Shown piece by piece: positions 24,045 through 37,184 of a DNA stretch of 46,324 nt. A program made the position numbers and the translations under genes. This DNA is from Hydrurus foetidus. Taxonomy: Eukaryota. Numbering within the stretch: the stretch's first letter is position 1; every line of letters begins with the position of its first letter. Location: NCBI GenBank assembly GCA_900617105.1, contig UYFQ01000364.1, positions 1 to 46,324 of the forward strand, written 5' to 3'. The notes under the pieces were generated by a model. It was not told the DNA's origin. It made no database searches and saw nothing but the letters and a program-made list of their open reading frames with translations.

Positions 24045-27000
24045 ATGGCGGAAAGCATTGTTATCTCCATGGCAGCAACCTTTCAGGCTGCCAGGGTGGT
24101 TCCCAAATCAGCTGAAGAGCTAAAGAAGGCCAGAGAAACCAGAGCAGCTGAAGCGCTGCGCATGAAAGAAGAGCAGCTACGGATATTATCAGATCAAAAT
24201 ACGTCTCTGCTTTCGACGCTTGACAAGGTTACTTTGATACAGAATGGCTCTTAGGAAATCTGCTGGCACCAACATGTACTCTGTTGCGTGCTCCTGGTTC
24301 GGGCATTTGCACTCATCCCCCTATTTTGACTGATTCTAGGTAGAAGAGGAGTCAAATCTGATCCAAACCGAGAAGTTAAAGATTGAGCAGGAAAATCGAA
24401 GCATTCGAGATCATAATTTCGAATTGCAAAGTAAAGCTAGAGCTGCTGAGACCCAGGCAAAGAGAATGACATCTGAAGTATCAGATAAGGAGAAGCAATT
24501 GCGCATAATGACTGGTGAGCTTAAAAATCATGTCGATTACGATTGAAGTGCGCTCTCTTTGCCATGTAGTGATAATTTGAGCGCTGATAATCCTGAATTG
24601 TTGCGGGGCGAGTTAGATCAAAATTCGGAACTTTTACGCCTCCTGGAGAGCGAGGAAAGCCTCACATCGTCATTGCAAGCTGACGCAGCAGATTTTCGGT
24701 CCGAGATAGGTGATTTAAATTGCTTTTCTTATATGGCTTCTTCATTAAGAAAATATCTTGGAAATCTTTGATCAGATTTTACTTTACAATCTCTTTCAAG
24801 TTAGATGAGACTCGACAAAAACACTCAGCACTCCTTGCATCATCGAGAAGCCACGAAGAGATATCGAGCATGGTTGCTAGAGAAGGTCAGCTAAGGGGCG
24901 AGGAAGTACGTTTACTTAGAGCGGAGGGAGAGCAGCTGAAGCAGCAAAATGGAGAATTGAAGATGAAGACTATGGTTGAAGTAGAAGCTCTGCAGGAACA
25001 GCTGAGAGTTCGCAAAGAGAAACAATATCAACTCCTGGAGAAGCTGCAGGCCCAGGAACAAGCAAGGAGACATGCTGAAGACCAACTGGCTGGCATGGAA
25101 GATCAGCTCAGATCGCTACACTCTAGAAGTGTAGAGTTGGCCAACCAACTTCAAGTTGAATCTAGAATCAAGCAGTCTTTCGAAGAAACAAATAAAGGAG
25201 TCTCGCTGGAGAACAGCAACATCTTGGGCGAGAACAAAGATTTACAAATGAAGATTGATAAAAGCGAGAGAGAGAGACTGAGGATGGAGGCTGAGACGAG
25301 AGATAGTGGGGAGCAGTTGAGAGAAATGGCAGAAAAGGTATTCCAACTGCTGGAAAGACTGAAGCTTGCTGAATTGAGTAAGATGAAGGCCCTAGAGGCG
25401 TTGAAAAAAAGAGAACAAGACGTAATCTCAATGCAGAAAAAAGGTGGGTCATAATACCAAGTGTTGATATACTGCTGATGCCTCCACACTTCCCTTCCCA
25501 TTTAACTATCCCTCGAGATCTGTCTGTCTCCTTTTATAGGACTGCTCTCGGATAATTAACCTCAGTACATAAAGCTGCACTTAAGAGAACAAGGAGTCTG
25601 ATAATATCATTTGCGTTTGACTACAGGCGCTCGTCTCATCAAGGAGAGCACGGAAGAGGGCAAGGTGCGCGTCAAGTTAGAGCTGGATGTCAAGGTGCTG
25701 CAAGAGCAAGTAAAGCTGCTGAAGAAGAGTTGCACCGACATGGCTCAGAAGTCGAAAGAAGAGGTGCGTCATCAGCTATTGCCATTAGTGACTTATTCTA
25801 AATTGTGAAGAAGTTGCTTACGAGAGAAGCGCCATCATGAGCAGAGAAGTGCAGTGAATTGTTCCACTGTAACATAATACCGCATATAAAGCGTACTGAA
25901 CAGCACGGACATCTCTATGACAGGCCACAGGCAGAGTGCGTGCAGTTGAGGAGTGCGAGGTGCTACAAGAGAAGCTGAAGACCTCTGAGTCGAGATTGAG
26001 CTTTCTACTAAACAAGGTCCAGCTGGACGAAGAGGCCAGGGTGCTCATGGTGGAGGACAGGAAGAAGCTCGAGGCGCAGGTCATGGCATACACAGACAAG
26101 TGCAAGGAGCTGCAGAGCAAGCTGCTAGACATGGGGGAGAGCAACCGCATCGCCACCCAGGCCATAAGGGTCAAGCAAGAAGAATTGACAGCGGTGGGTT
26201 ATCTTAATTTGATTTGATTTGATTTGATTTATGTCATCTATTAAAATTCATCCTCCTGTGTCACTTATCGACAGCACATCATCCATCTATTAATCGACAT
26301 GTGTTTTTATCATGTCTGTGCATAGCTCTCGGCTAAATTCGACGCGTTGCGCAAGGAGATGGAGGAGTGGTGAGTGTCTGCACGTGAACTGCTCATTAGC
26401 TAGCTAGCTAGTTACCTAGCTAGCACCTTTTGCCGCACGTGACCTCTCACTGACTGAACACTACCTGCACAAGGAACCAATAAGCGTTCTTACCGCTCAT
26501 ACTAATGCATCAGCGAGGAGCGCGATGCAGCAGTGGACTTCCCCTCGGACAAGAGCGCCTTCAGACCCGGGGGGGAGGACGCAGAGAGCGTGCGTCTCGA
26601 CGAGGGCAGGGGTCGCTTTGTGGTGGAGGCAAAGACGGCTTCAGGAGGAGCAGGAACCATTCTCCTGTTAAAAGGTGACAACACGCATACAACTCTATTG
26701 ACCAGTACATGCAGTATGTCTGGATGCAATGCAATACATTTCATACGGAGACCAGTGAAAATAGCTCTTCGTTTCAGTGTTTGATTTAGGTTGTCAATTA
26801 CACACCATTAAGATGCTAGCTCTGTGATTCTGTCGCAAGAGGCACTATCCTTTCTTTCAATTATCAACAACATCATCCGACTCTCTATAAGCTTTGATGA
26901 ACTCTTCCACTCCGCACCTGACCTGACCTGACCTGACCTGACCTGACCTAACCTGACCTGACCTGACCTGTTACATGAATCGAGATGGCTCTCCATGCCA

Positions 27001-30000
27001 TGTGAGTGAGTGAATCTCATTAGATATCATATCACCTCAACACAACACAACACAACACGCAGGGCGCAAACCAGCGTGTAAGAGTTGGCTAGACAAGCAC
27101 TTCGTGAACGACTTCTTGAGAAGGGCGCAGAAATCCGTTCGATTCAAAGAAATCGTAGTAGACAAGGTTTGGCACTCCCATTCTCTCCTCTTCCCTCTTC
27201 TCTTTCTTCTTCCCACGTCTTTTCTGGATCTCCTCCATGCAGCAGATTTGACGCACTATCCTCATGAGTGCGCGCTATTTTATCACGCGACTCTGCCGCC
27301 AGATAATTCCCTTTTGACTGCTGGTATTTTGGCAAAAATATCATCTGTTCTTCTCATTCATAATCTAATTTTCACTTTGTTATTTCGTACAGTTAGCTCA
27401 ACTATACGGTTTATTGATGGTGGGCGAGGAAGAGAAAGTGATTATTACTGATGACCTCGCTTTGAGGGACAAAACCATAGAGCACGTACAGAATAAAATG
27501 GTAAATACGTACAGTATCAAGTGCTGTTTCTTTAACCGATCATTTGCCTTCGCTCACTCTCTCACTTTCTCATTCATTCACTCATCAATAAATTCACTCA
27601 CTCACTCACTCACTCCTCTTTTATTGCTGGTAGGCCTATATCCAGGACGGGTTGGCCGTCGAGGAAGATGGGAAACGCCGTATGCTCCTCCGGTTAGTTG
27701 ATAGGAGAAGGATAGGAAAGGACCAGATGGAGCGGAATGGAATAGAATAGAATGCGATATGGCATGATAGTTCGATGGAATATAATTGACTTCAAAAGAA
27801 TGGAACAGGAGGGAGTAGAGTAGAGTGCTGCAGGTTTCATTGCATAGTGATCGGTAACGGCAGCGGCGATGACCAACAGGAACAGAAATTGAACAATAGG
27901 GAACAGAGTAGAGGACATGAAGTTGTAGTAATGCAGTTGCTAAGATACCGATGCATCAAAATTGCACTGCAACATTCGTCAACCCCAGACTATACTGCAT
28001 TGCATCGTAGCGTAGCGTTGCGTAGCAGAACTCTCCCCCGATTGATTCCTTATTATCATTTGTTGGCCACATTGGCACGGTGTAATCGGACCCTACCTCG
28101 CTTTACTTCATCCTGTACCCTCTCCCCTCCTTCCCTCCCCTGTCCTTCAGGTACGTGCATGCTGTAAAGGAGAACGCGCTATCCAGCAGGTAAACTGAAC
28201 TTACCAAACCTGGCCCCTTACCCTCTCTCAGCTACCTCCACACTCATCTTTATCGGGTCTTACTTATTTTATCTTATCTTATCTTATCTTGACTTGGCTT
28301 GGCCTGGCTTCACTCAATTATCTCTGGCTGGAAAATGTCTTCAAGAATGCTCTCCTCGATTTAACCTGACATGGCTTTATACAACCTGCTTATCTGGTTG
28401 TGCCTCATGTCCTGATAAATTGAATCGTCCTACTAGGTGATACACCTTATCTTAACAATACTCACACATTTGAACTATCAAGTACCTACTTTTTTTAAAC
28501 TCATTTGGTATTGTCTCAGTGACGGATCAGGTGGCGTTCTGCAACTGCCCGAGAGCAACATCTCTGACGAGGAAATGCACGCTCTGGCAGCCCTCCTCAG
28601 GAACAACGTCAGCATCGTGGAGCTCAATCTGAGGGGCAACATTATTACAGATGACGGTGCTAGAGCTCTTGGTAAGCATCCATACCATGTCTACCCGTAC
28701 AGTACATCACAAGACGTACATCTCAACATTGATGAGCATATCTCCTTCTTTCTTTGCACTCCCCTATTGTTCATCATATTATAACCACTCATCCATGACA
28801 GGGGCTGTGCTTGCTGGTCGGAGCGCGTTGAGAGTGATCGACCTCAGGGGGAACAAAATAGGAAAGGGGGCGATCCGGATACTTGCAGAAGCCCTGGAGA
28901 GGTACGTACGTGTGCCTACGCACTATGCATGTAGCTCCACCATACAGCGTCGGCTTAAATGCATTGAATGTCGTGTATAGCGATGATTAGTGTCATTACG
29001 TGTGCGATGGAGTACGTCAGGATCTGGCGCAGCGATTGGAACATTCCATCCCTTCATTATGATACACAGAGAACACTCCTGATGCTACTCCTAATTTCTT
29101 CAGGTCCGAAAGAGTTCGGCACGTGTACGTCCATGCGGGTGGCAAGATAGAGGCTTTGGGCACGGCGCCCAGTCCCGCTGAGGGGTCTGGGTCTGGACAG
29201 AATCTGACGGGTTCAGAGTCCCTCCCTGCGACCAATGTGTCCGCATCCCTCGAAGACCTTAAGGTCTGTTGGATTCCTGACTGCAGCTCTCTGAGAATCG
29301 GCTTGCTCCCCTTCCCTCACCTTACCTTCGCCTCTGTTCTTGGAATAACAATGTGCCGTACCTTCTACCTATTCAATTGCAGCTGCAGTCAGTGGAGACT
29401 GTGTGTGTGGTGGACGTGCGGGACAACACCCCCTCCGATGCCATGGGCTACGAACTGCTGCAGCTAGAAACGCAACACCACTCTTCTGGTACACCCTCTG
29501 TCCTCTTTTTAGTGAACCATTACGACACTTCTTTTTTACAGTTCTATGTTCTGTTCCACGCTAATCATCTTGTCTTCAATTTTAATTGTGTTATCACTAC
29601 TCAGGGAAGGCGAGCTGTACCCCAATTTCTGAAAATGTGTTTGTTGCTGCTTGTCTGGAATAAATTACTCACATTACTGATCGCATCATGATTCCTCTCC
29701 AGCAATATCCTCTAAGCATATTTCCTTTTCAATTTCAAGCAAACGGTGGGACCCAGAACCAGAATGGCAAGAAATTCCACCCCTTGATGTTGCTGCAGAG
29801 CAGCGGAGGGGGCAGGACCGGATGGGACCCGTCCCCCCTTACCCCAACTCTCAACAGCTCACATCCAGGTGACGAAATGTGTATTACACTATATTGTACT
29901 GTACTGTATTACCGTAGCAGAATAGAATGTCTGCTTTTCATGCCCAAAATCCAACTCAAATGTGTGTGTGGCATGGTCAAAAACTGACCCCACACCATAC

Positions 30001-31575
30001 TAAAAATTAAAAAGAGGAAGGTTCCCCAGATTTTTTGCTTTTTTAGTATGGTGTGGGGTGATTTGGACGTGACCCGAGGTGTTTGAGTTTTCGGCACGAA
30101 AAGCAGACATTTTATTCTGCTACGGTAATACTGTACTCTATTACTAAACCGCCTGAACTCCACTTTACTCTACTCTACTCTACTCTACTCTACTCTACTC
30201 TACTCTACTCTACTCTACTCTACTCTACTCTACTCTACTCTACTCTACTCTACTCTACTCTACTCTACTCTACTGTACTGTACTGCTACTGATAGCTTTG
30301 TGTGCTGCTTGCAGGCATCAAGATTCACGGTTGCTATTAGATTGACCAGGCATTGTAGGCTCTCATCTTATACCGATTTCAACCGTTACCTCCAGTCTTC
30401 GAATGAGGTCATTTGACACCGCCTCGATCCTCTCTTCTACTTCATTACTCTCATCAATGCAATAGGCTCGATACTGGTGGAAGAAAAAAGAAAAAGAAAA
30501 ACCCTGCTGGAAAAAATGTTCTTAGTGAGAATAATGAGAAAAATCAAGAGAAGAAAAAGACTCGATCTGAGGTGCGACAATTTTGAAATAGCAGCAAATA
30601 ATCTTCATGGCAATATGCTATTATTATTGAACTGTGTGCTATGATAAAGAATAATTTATCCCTCGTGCGCAGTGATCATTACCAGTGCTTGAATCATCAC
30701 TGACCAGTGAAGTAAAAGATAAATTGCATTATAAAGGCATATCTTATAAATTCATTTTTGCCAACAATAACATCAACGTTTCTAGATATATGAAGAGCGC
30801 ATGGAAGCCATCAAGGAACAACTCTGGCACGGCAGAGCAGGGACCTTGGATCAGAATCCACAGATCTCCGACAGCACTCCCATGAGTCTCTCCCACAGCA
30901 GCAGCAGCAGTTACAGGAGCTCTTACCACGATCACATCCCTAGCAGCTCTGCAGGGAACAAGAAGATGGGGGGAGGAAAGAGACTGAAGAACAGACGGAG
31001 CAGAGAGCTTCCCCCTCTCATTGATGGCCACGTGGACAGCGATACGGTCAGTGCGTGACGAGTTGCAACGCCTGTAATTCTTAATTGAACTAATTTGGAG
31101 TCTCCTTACCTAACCTTGCCACGTCATATCTTACCTAACCTAAACCTAAACTTCGCCCTTCCATCCTTTATATCACATGACCTCACCTAACCACACTTCA
31201 CCTTAATTTCTCTGCTTTATGTTACCTTACCTTACTTATTATTACCCCTCCTTCCCTTTCTTCTATTTCCTTACCTAAATTTGTCATTCTATCTGTCCTG
31301 TCGCCTTTCAGGAAACGGAGCCGATGAGGGGTAGATCCGCCCCGACACCAGGACCGTCCTCTTCTCTTGACCACAATGACCCCCAAGTCACGGACCTGGA
31401 CACAGACATGGCTGCTGTGAGGAAGGCTAACAAAATGAAGCACCTGTCGGGGAAGGAAAGGCAGCTGCTAGACTCGTCCTTCCCCCAGCACACGCATACG
31501 AGGGAGAGGGAGTCTCAGCTGCCTCGAATCGGATCACCTCCGGACTCGAGTAGCGCAGCGCATACTATCTCTTGA
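24045..31575 (+). CDS. Large multi-exon protein: long N-terminal coiled coil, RI-type leucine-rich repeats and a low-complexity tail
   Basis: Successive E/K/L/Q-rich heptad exons at 24045-27500; LRR exons LQLPESNISDEEMHALAALLRNN, LNLRGNIITDDGARAL, IDLRGNKIGKGAIRILAEAL at 28520-28900; many GT-AG introns. The exon structure was not fully resolved. Confidence 0.75.
26916..26970 (+). repeat. Intronic (ACCTG)11 microsatellite
   Basis: Read directly; one variant unit ACCTA. Confidence 0.95.
29912..30125. mobile_element. Intronic Tc1/mariner-pogo-type MITE (214 bp)
   Basis: TA|CCGTAGCAGAATAGAATGTCTGCTTTTC...GAAAAGCAGACATTTTATTCTGCTACGG|TA; ~38-bp near-perfect TIRs; TA TSD; a second internal inverted repeat ACCCCACACCATACTAAAAA. 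Confidence 0.88.
30166..30285 (+). repeat. Intronic (TACTC)21(TACTG)3 microsatellite
   Basis: Read directly. Confidence 0.95.
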
Positions 31576-32203
31576 TTACCATTGAATTTTAGATTCAAAT
31601 TTATTCATATTATATCACGGAATTCCTCCTAGAATAAATCGGTGAAATATCCGAAATGAGCTGAAACTTATTGTATCCCTTTATTGTACTTAAATTGTGT
31701 CAACGAGCGACTTCTCAGTCGGTATAGTATACCACTGTTTTATATCTATTCACATGACACTACTGAAACTACGCATGCATCATCGACTCCGCGCAGCAGT
31801 GTGATTGTCCTACCAAGTATTTGATGGTATTTAGATGTTTTTTGAAGTCTTGAGTGCGTATAAAGATTGTGTGTACTTCTGATAGCATTGCGGGGCACTG
31901 TGACTCATTTATTTTCTTCCGTAAATCAATGAATTGATCAACGAAACGAGTCATATTTTTCATATTCCATCAGCGCTCAATGACGGATATATTTTAATTT
32001 TTTAGAACGGTACTGAAGACTGAAGCGAAAATAGTATTGACAAAATCCGTATTCAATTCAGATAAAAAACGGATCTGTCAAAAGCGGAAACTCAAACCAA
32101 TGCTTTCTCCCGTTTGTGCTTCCGTCTTCCATCCCTCCTCCAGTCACCAGTAAATTGCTCTGCTATCTAACTTTCTACTCTCTATCACTCGACTCCACCC
32201 GGA

Positions 32204-35200
32204 ATGAAGGCCAACTCGGAGCCGAAACGAAAAGCGGGTAAGCTACAAAATCCCAGTGTGGTGACGGCGAGCAAAAGTCCTAATACACCTGGTCCCTCGA
32301 AGACCTTCACAAATGACAGCTCTCTTAAGATGGTGAAGAAGATTCCAAATTCAGCTTCAAATAAGAAAAATTCGGCCGCCAAGATTCAGGCTAGGGAATC
32401 TGGTCCACAGAAGACCATCACAAATGACAGCTCTCTTAAGACGGTGAAGCGGACACCAAATTCAACATCAAATAAGAAAACTTCAATCAGTAAGATCCAA
32501 GCAAAATCACCTGCGAGTTGGTGGCTTGCACCAAAGGATGACTCAGGAGCGCCAACCCTTCGTATCACATCCGAAGAATCGTGGCACATAAATAGTGGAA
32601 ATGTGCAGCCTCTTGACGAACCTGAAAAACTGGGACGTCTGACGGCAGATTTGAGCAAATTGCCACAGATTGTAACGTCCGTAGAAGCCTCATTTGATCT
32701 CGAAGTTTTAATTTATCAAAAATCGAAGGGCTCGAAGATGTCTGGTGATCAGAAATGGATTAATGATGTGTTGAAGTCCGGAACTACATCAGATAAGATT
32801 GCTGCTCTTGCCCTAGTTGTCCAGGAATCACCAGTGCATGAACTGTCCGCTCTGGACACTTTGATAGGAATGGCAGGCAAGAAAGAGTATCGCACTTCTC
32901 AGCTTGCATTAGAGGCTCTTAAGGATCTTCTCATCCACAATTTACTGCCGGATAGACGTCTCATTCCATTCCGAAGCCAGCCCCTGAATCATCCTAGCAT
33001 AACGATGCAACATGCTATGCTTTTCTGGTATGAAGACCTCTTACTGCAGCGCATGGAACTTATTCTTAGTGCCCTTGACAATGGACTCAAATCAACAGTT
33101 GAGTACTTCAAAAAGCAATGCATGGATATCGCTGCAGAACTGCTGATGGGTAAACCAGAGAAGGAAGGGCGATTTCTGGCTATGGTGGTGAATAAACTGG
33201 GCGACCCATCGGGTGCAGTGGGGTCAAAGTGCATTGAGCTGCTACGTACGATTGTGAGGAAGCACCCAGCCATGAAGTGCGTGGTGGTGAGGGAGGTGCG
33301 TCAGCTGATATACAGACCCAACTTAAGTGTGAGAGTCGTTCACAGTGGCATCATATTCTTGTCGCAAGTCAATCTCGTGAAAGGAGACCATGACGTGGCT
33401 GCACAGCTGGTGGAGTGCTATATGAGCCTGTTCGAGAAAGCGGTTACTCAGGATGAACTCGGCTCTCGTCTCTTGTCTTCTCTGCTATCCGGTCTTGACA
33501 GGGCATTTCCTTTCTTGAACAATAAGGAACCCATTTCAAAACATGTTGACTCTTTGTTCCGCATAATACACAGTGCTTCTTTCTCTACGAGTACAAGGGC
33601 ACTAATGCTTATCTCCCACATCGCCCTGGCCAACACCAGTGGTGACGCACTTGCTGAGTCTTCTACTAAATCAGGTGCCTCAACAGCAATTAGGATCAAC
33701 ATCGAATAGTCACCACGTCATTGAGATGACCATCACTCATTCATCTGTAATCACATCCATATCCATTCACTGTGCTGTCAGGCAAGGCTGTGCACACTGT
33801 CAGCGAAGACGAGACTCACTTGGTAAGACACATTCATTTCTCTACTTCTATGCTATTCAAGCACGCTGTTAATGGCGCATACTGCATCTTCGTGCAACAG
33901 CAACATGAATAAGTGACATAGTTTATCTCATGGCAACGTCTGCTGATATTTTTTCAAAGCTGAGTTGCTATTAGCTCATCATATCAACTGAACTAAACTC
34001 AATTTCATCGACTTAATGTAGGTGAGTCGGTTCTATCGATCACTTTACTCCAAGCTGCTTTCTCCTCAAATCAGCACGAGGGCATACAACACTCTCTTCC
34101 TCAATCTCCTCTTCCGAAGTATGAAGAGGGATCCATCCGATCTAAGGTGCGTGCGTGATCAATTGTTCACATTGCGATAAATAGCATGGAAACATCTTGA
34201 CAGTCTTGTCTACACTACTGAAAGCGATGACTTATTTTCTATTGCGTGCAGGGTGATGGCGTATTTGAAGCGACTGGGCATATGTGCGCTACAAAGCAGC
34301 GCACCCATCGCAGCAGGTCTGCTCTTCCTGATGTCCGAAACATACCGTGCTCGACCCAAACTGCTGGCTATGATGACACAAGAAGAAGGGCTGGTGGCTC
34401 ACAAGGGATACGCAGACAGCGTGGGTGCAGGCAATGAAGCGAGAGATAAAGAGGACCAGGAAGGCGGAGCGGCATCGCATCAACTGGGCAATTTCGAAGC
34501 ATCTAAAAGAGAGCCAGCGTTTGCTGCGAGTGGGACTCCCGCTCTGTGGGAAGCATCTCTACTGAAGCATCACTTCCATCCGTCAGTGAAGTCCTTCTCC
34601 TCCTCCATGCTGGAGTCACCGCACATGATCACATTCGCAGGGGACCCAACAGTTGAGTTCAGTCTCACAGCTTTCTTGAACAGATTCGCCTACAAGAATC
34701 CTAAGAAGCAGCACAGCGACAAGATCAGGAGACCCCAAGCCACAGGAGAGGAGCCGCTCAACACAGCCACCTTCATGCAGTCCTCCACCTCTGACATCGC
34801 ACCTGATAAATTGTTCTTTCATAAATTTTTCGGAGAGAAAGAGAAGCTGAGAGTGGAAGGAAAGAGCAGAGACAGGGCGAAGCGCAAGAAGGTGGATGAC
34901 GATGATGAGGATGGCGGATCCATCGGCAGTGACGACGAAGTTGACTTCGATGAACGAGCCATCGATAAATTCGCCACTAAGCTGGCGGAGGACATGATGC
35001 GCGATAACGACGATCTCGTGGACATCGATGACGACTTCAGCGACAGCGGTGGAGAGGATGGCTCCGACATGGATGGGGATGGCGATGACGTCTCCGAGTC
35101 TGATGCACTGGACTTCGAAGACTTCAAGCAGAAGGGGAAGATCAGCAAGGACAGCAGCAGCAAGAAGGGAGTCAAAGCGAAGAAATCTGCACCAGATGAT

Positions 35201-35659
35201 GAGTCAGACGATGGATACGATTTGACAGCATATGGAGATGATGAAGATGACTCTAACATGGGAGATGATGATGACGATGACAGTGTTAACAGTGGCAGTG
35301 ACGATATGGAAGATGATGAAGTTGGAGATGACTTGGACCTCGCATTCGCTGACGAGCCATCGATGTCCATGTCCAGAAGGCAAGGAGCAAAGGTAAAGAG
35401 CGGCAAAGGGAGTAGGAAGTCAGGTGGAGACATGTCTGACTTCGCGAGTGCGGAGGACTACGAGGACACGATGGAGGAGATAGTTGGGAGGTACACCGGC
35501 AAAGATGTAGCGCAAACAGGTATATCTCTTGAAAGCAGCAGTGACAGGAACATGCAGAAGGCTCCTAAAAGGAATAGAGACAATAATGCTTCATCTGTGA
35601 TTGAAAAGCATCCTGGCGATGCGAAGAAAGTTCCGGCTAAGAAGTTAAGAACCAAATAG
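32204..35659 (+). CDS. CEBPZ: CCAAT/enhancer-binding protein zeta / Mak21 / Noc1 ribosome biogenesis factor, multi-exon
   Basis: SGTTSDKIAALAL..QESPVH, PEKE..FLAMVVNKLGDP, HPAMK, RFYRSLYSKLL, FLNLLFRSMKRD, KREPAFA, LWE..LLKHHFHPSV, FLNRFAYKNPK, acidic tail with FASAEDY. Confidence 0.93.
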
Positions 35660-35875
35660 TACATAGAATAGTGTATTTTATCCCATCATGTAAATTAAAT
35701 TCCCTACACTCTATGTGTTATACTCTACGGTAAGCTTATGGCTCGATGCGAAATAGGGGCTGATTGGAAAGAGGATGTCAGTTTGTGTAATCTCGACCAA
35801 TGACAACTGTTATCTGCGATTCATCCGTCAGTGATAAGGGAGAAAAAATGAAACTCAAATCTAGAATGGGACTAT

Positions 35876-36631
35876 TTACATCTCTCTACGCTTATCAACA
35901 TTAGCCGAACCTAACGCAACAGCTAGTAACTTATAGAACCAGAAAAAATTCAGCACAGCAAAAGATGCAACAATTGCTGTGTTTCCTAAGAACAGGGAAC
36001 CCCTACCAATTTCGCCCCATTCCTCCCGATGAATCAGCATGTGATATACCATACAGGGTCCCAAGAGTATTCGGAATGTGAAAAAAGACACGATGAGGGA
36101 GAGAGCACAGATCTTAAAGACCAAAGTTTTCTTCAAGGATAACATATGCAGAAGCCATGAAATATTCAGGAATGGTGTCGATCCTTCGGCGATGTAGACC
36201 AACATGCTGTAGTAAGCTGCAGCATTATTGTTAGACAGTCTTGATGACAAATGAGATACAAGGCCCAGAACATGATGTGATAGCGCATCCGTCTGTCGCG
36301 AAGTTAATGCTTCGTAAAGTATGTCGTAGTACAAGTAACCCATCATTATGTCAAGCGCTCTCGCCTCAATACGATGCCCTGCAGCGGATATCTCCATGGC
36401 AGGATTGACATAAAGCCAATAGTAAGCCGTAATTGAGAACATTACACATGCGTGTATAGTTGAGACTCCTCTGTTGTACCACGCTCTTCGCTGCTTCTTG
36501 ACGCTAACTTTAGAGAATCCCGGAATAATATTATCAGAGAAAAGATACCAACAAAAATGGAGGAAGAATAGGATAAGACACCAGAGTAGCGAGACGCTCA
36601 GAGAATCAAGAATGATATAAGTCGAAATCAT
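35876..36631 (-). CDS. TLC (TRAM/LAG1/CLN8) domain membrane protein
   Basis: Multi-pass hydrophobic protein with NRGVSTIHA, GYLYYD, HH, EGSTPFLN, SFFTFRI, LNFFWFYKL. Confidence 0.9.
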   Translation of the reverse strand: MISTYIILDSLSVSLLWCLILFFLHFCWYLFSDNIIPGFSKVSVKKQRRAWYNRGVSTIHACVMFSITAYYWLYVNPAMEISAAGHRIEARALDIMMGYLYYDILYEALTSRQTDALSHHVLGLVSHLSSRLSNNNAAAYYSMLVYIAEGSTPFLNISWLLHMLSLKKTLVFKICALSLIVSFFTFRILLGPCMVYHMLIHREEWGEIGRGSLFLGNTAIVASFAVLNFFWFYKLLAVALGSANVDKRREM

Positions 36632-36787
36632 GGGCTCTAGGGAATAAGATCCAATGCGATTGGATTCTCACGTCATGCCATCATTCACAAAAAGCTATGC
36701 ACGTGAGATGCGCAATCAAAGGCTGCCCATGCGTGGATGGCGCAAGCAAGAGGATTCAGTTGTGGAATGTGCTGAGAACCCAGGTGC

Positions 36788-36825
36788 TGTCAAAAAGTCC
36801 GCACGGTGTCAAAAAGTCCGCACGG
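36788..36825 (+). repeat. Perfect 19-bp tandem duplication TGTCAAAAAGTCCGCACGG x2
   Basis: Read directly; ends 7 bp left of the Copia LTR. Confidence 0.9.
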
Positions 36826-36832
36826 TTACTTT

Positions 36833-37184
36833 TGTAGTAATATCAGTACTATGTAGACTAGATATTCCGATACGAATTGTGATGCTATTATCTGTATTTC
36901 ATATTTGAACCACACGTACGGTGTTGCACCACAGCAGTACCGTACTACATACGATATGACGTATTTGATCTAGCATAGCCATCAACCCGTTGAGACAACT
37001 ACTGACTACACTCGACTACTACTGCGTTGCAGCAGTGCTAATTAACCCAAACTCGTAGCCGACAGTGAAACTTCTCTTCTGACTCCAGACAGAGCGAGTG
37101 AAGCCGCATCGGAGAGTGCAGTGGGGAGCTTGTGACCAACCGTATGGGACATACGTCACACCTCTGAGTCCACATTTCACAACA
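36833..37184 (+). repeat. Copia 5' LTR (352 bp)
   Basis: Direct repeat of 42765-43117; TGTAG...CAACA. Confidence 0.97.

Noticed and set aside
29688..30163. Two opposite-strand ORFs with near-identical peptides (RSRIECLLFMPK / RSRIKCLLFVPK)
   Set aside because: Artefact of the MITE's inverted repeats.
30083..30292. ORF with LLYST repeats
   Set aside because: Translation of the intronic (TACTC)n microsatellite.
34819..35433. 204-aa Ser-rich minus-strand ORF
   Set aside because: Antisense shadow of the Asp/Glu-rich CEBPZ tail.
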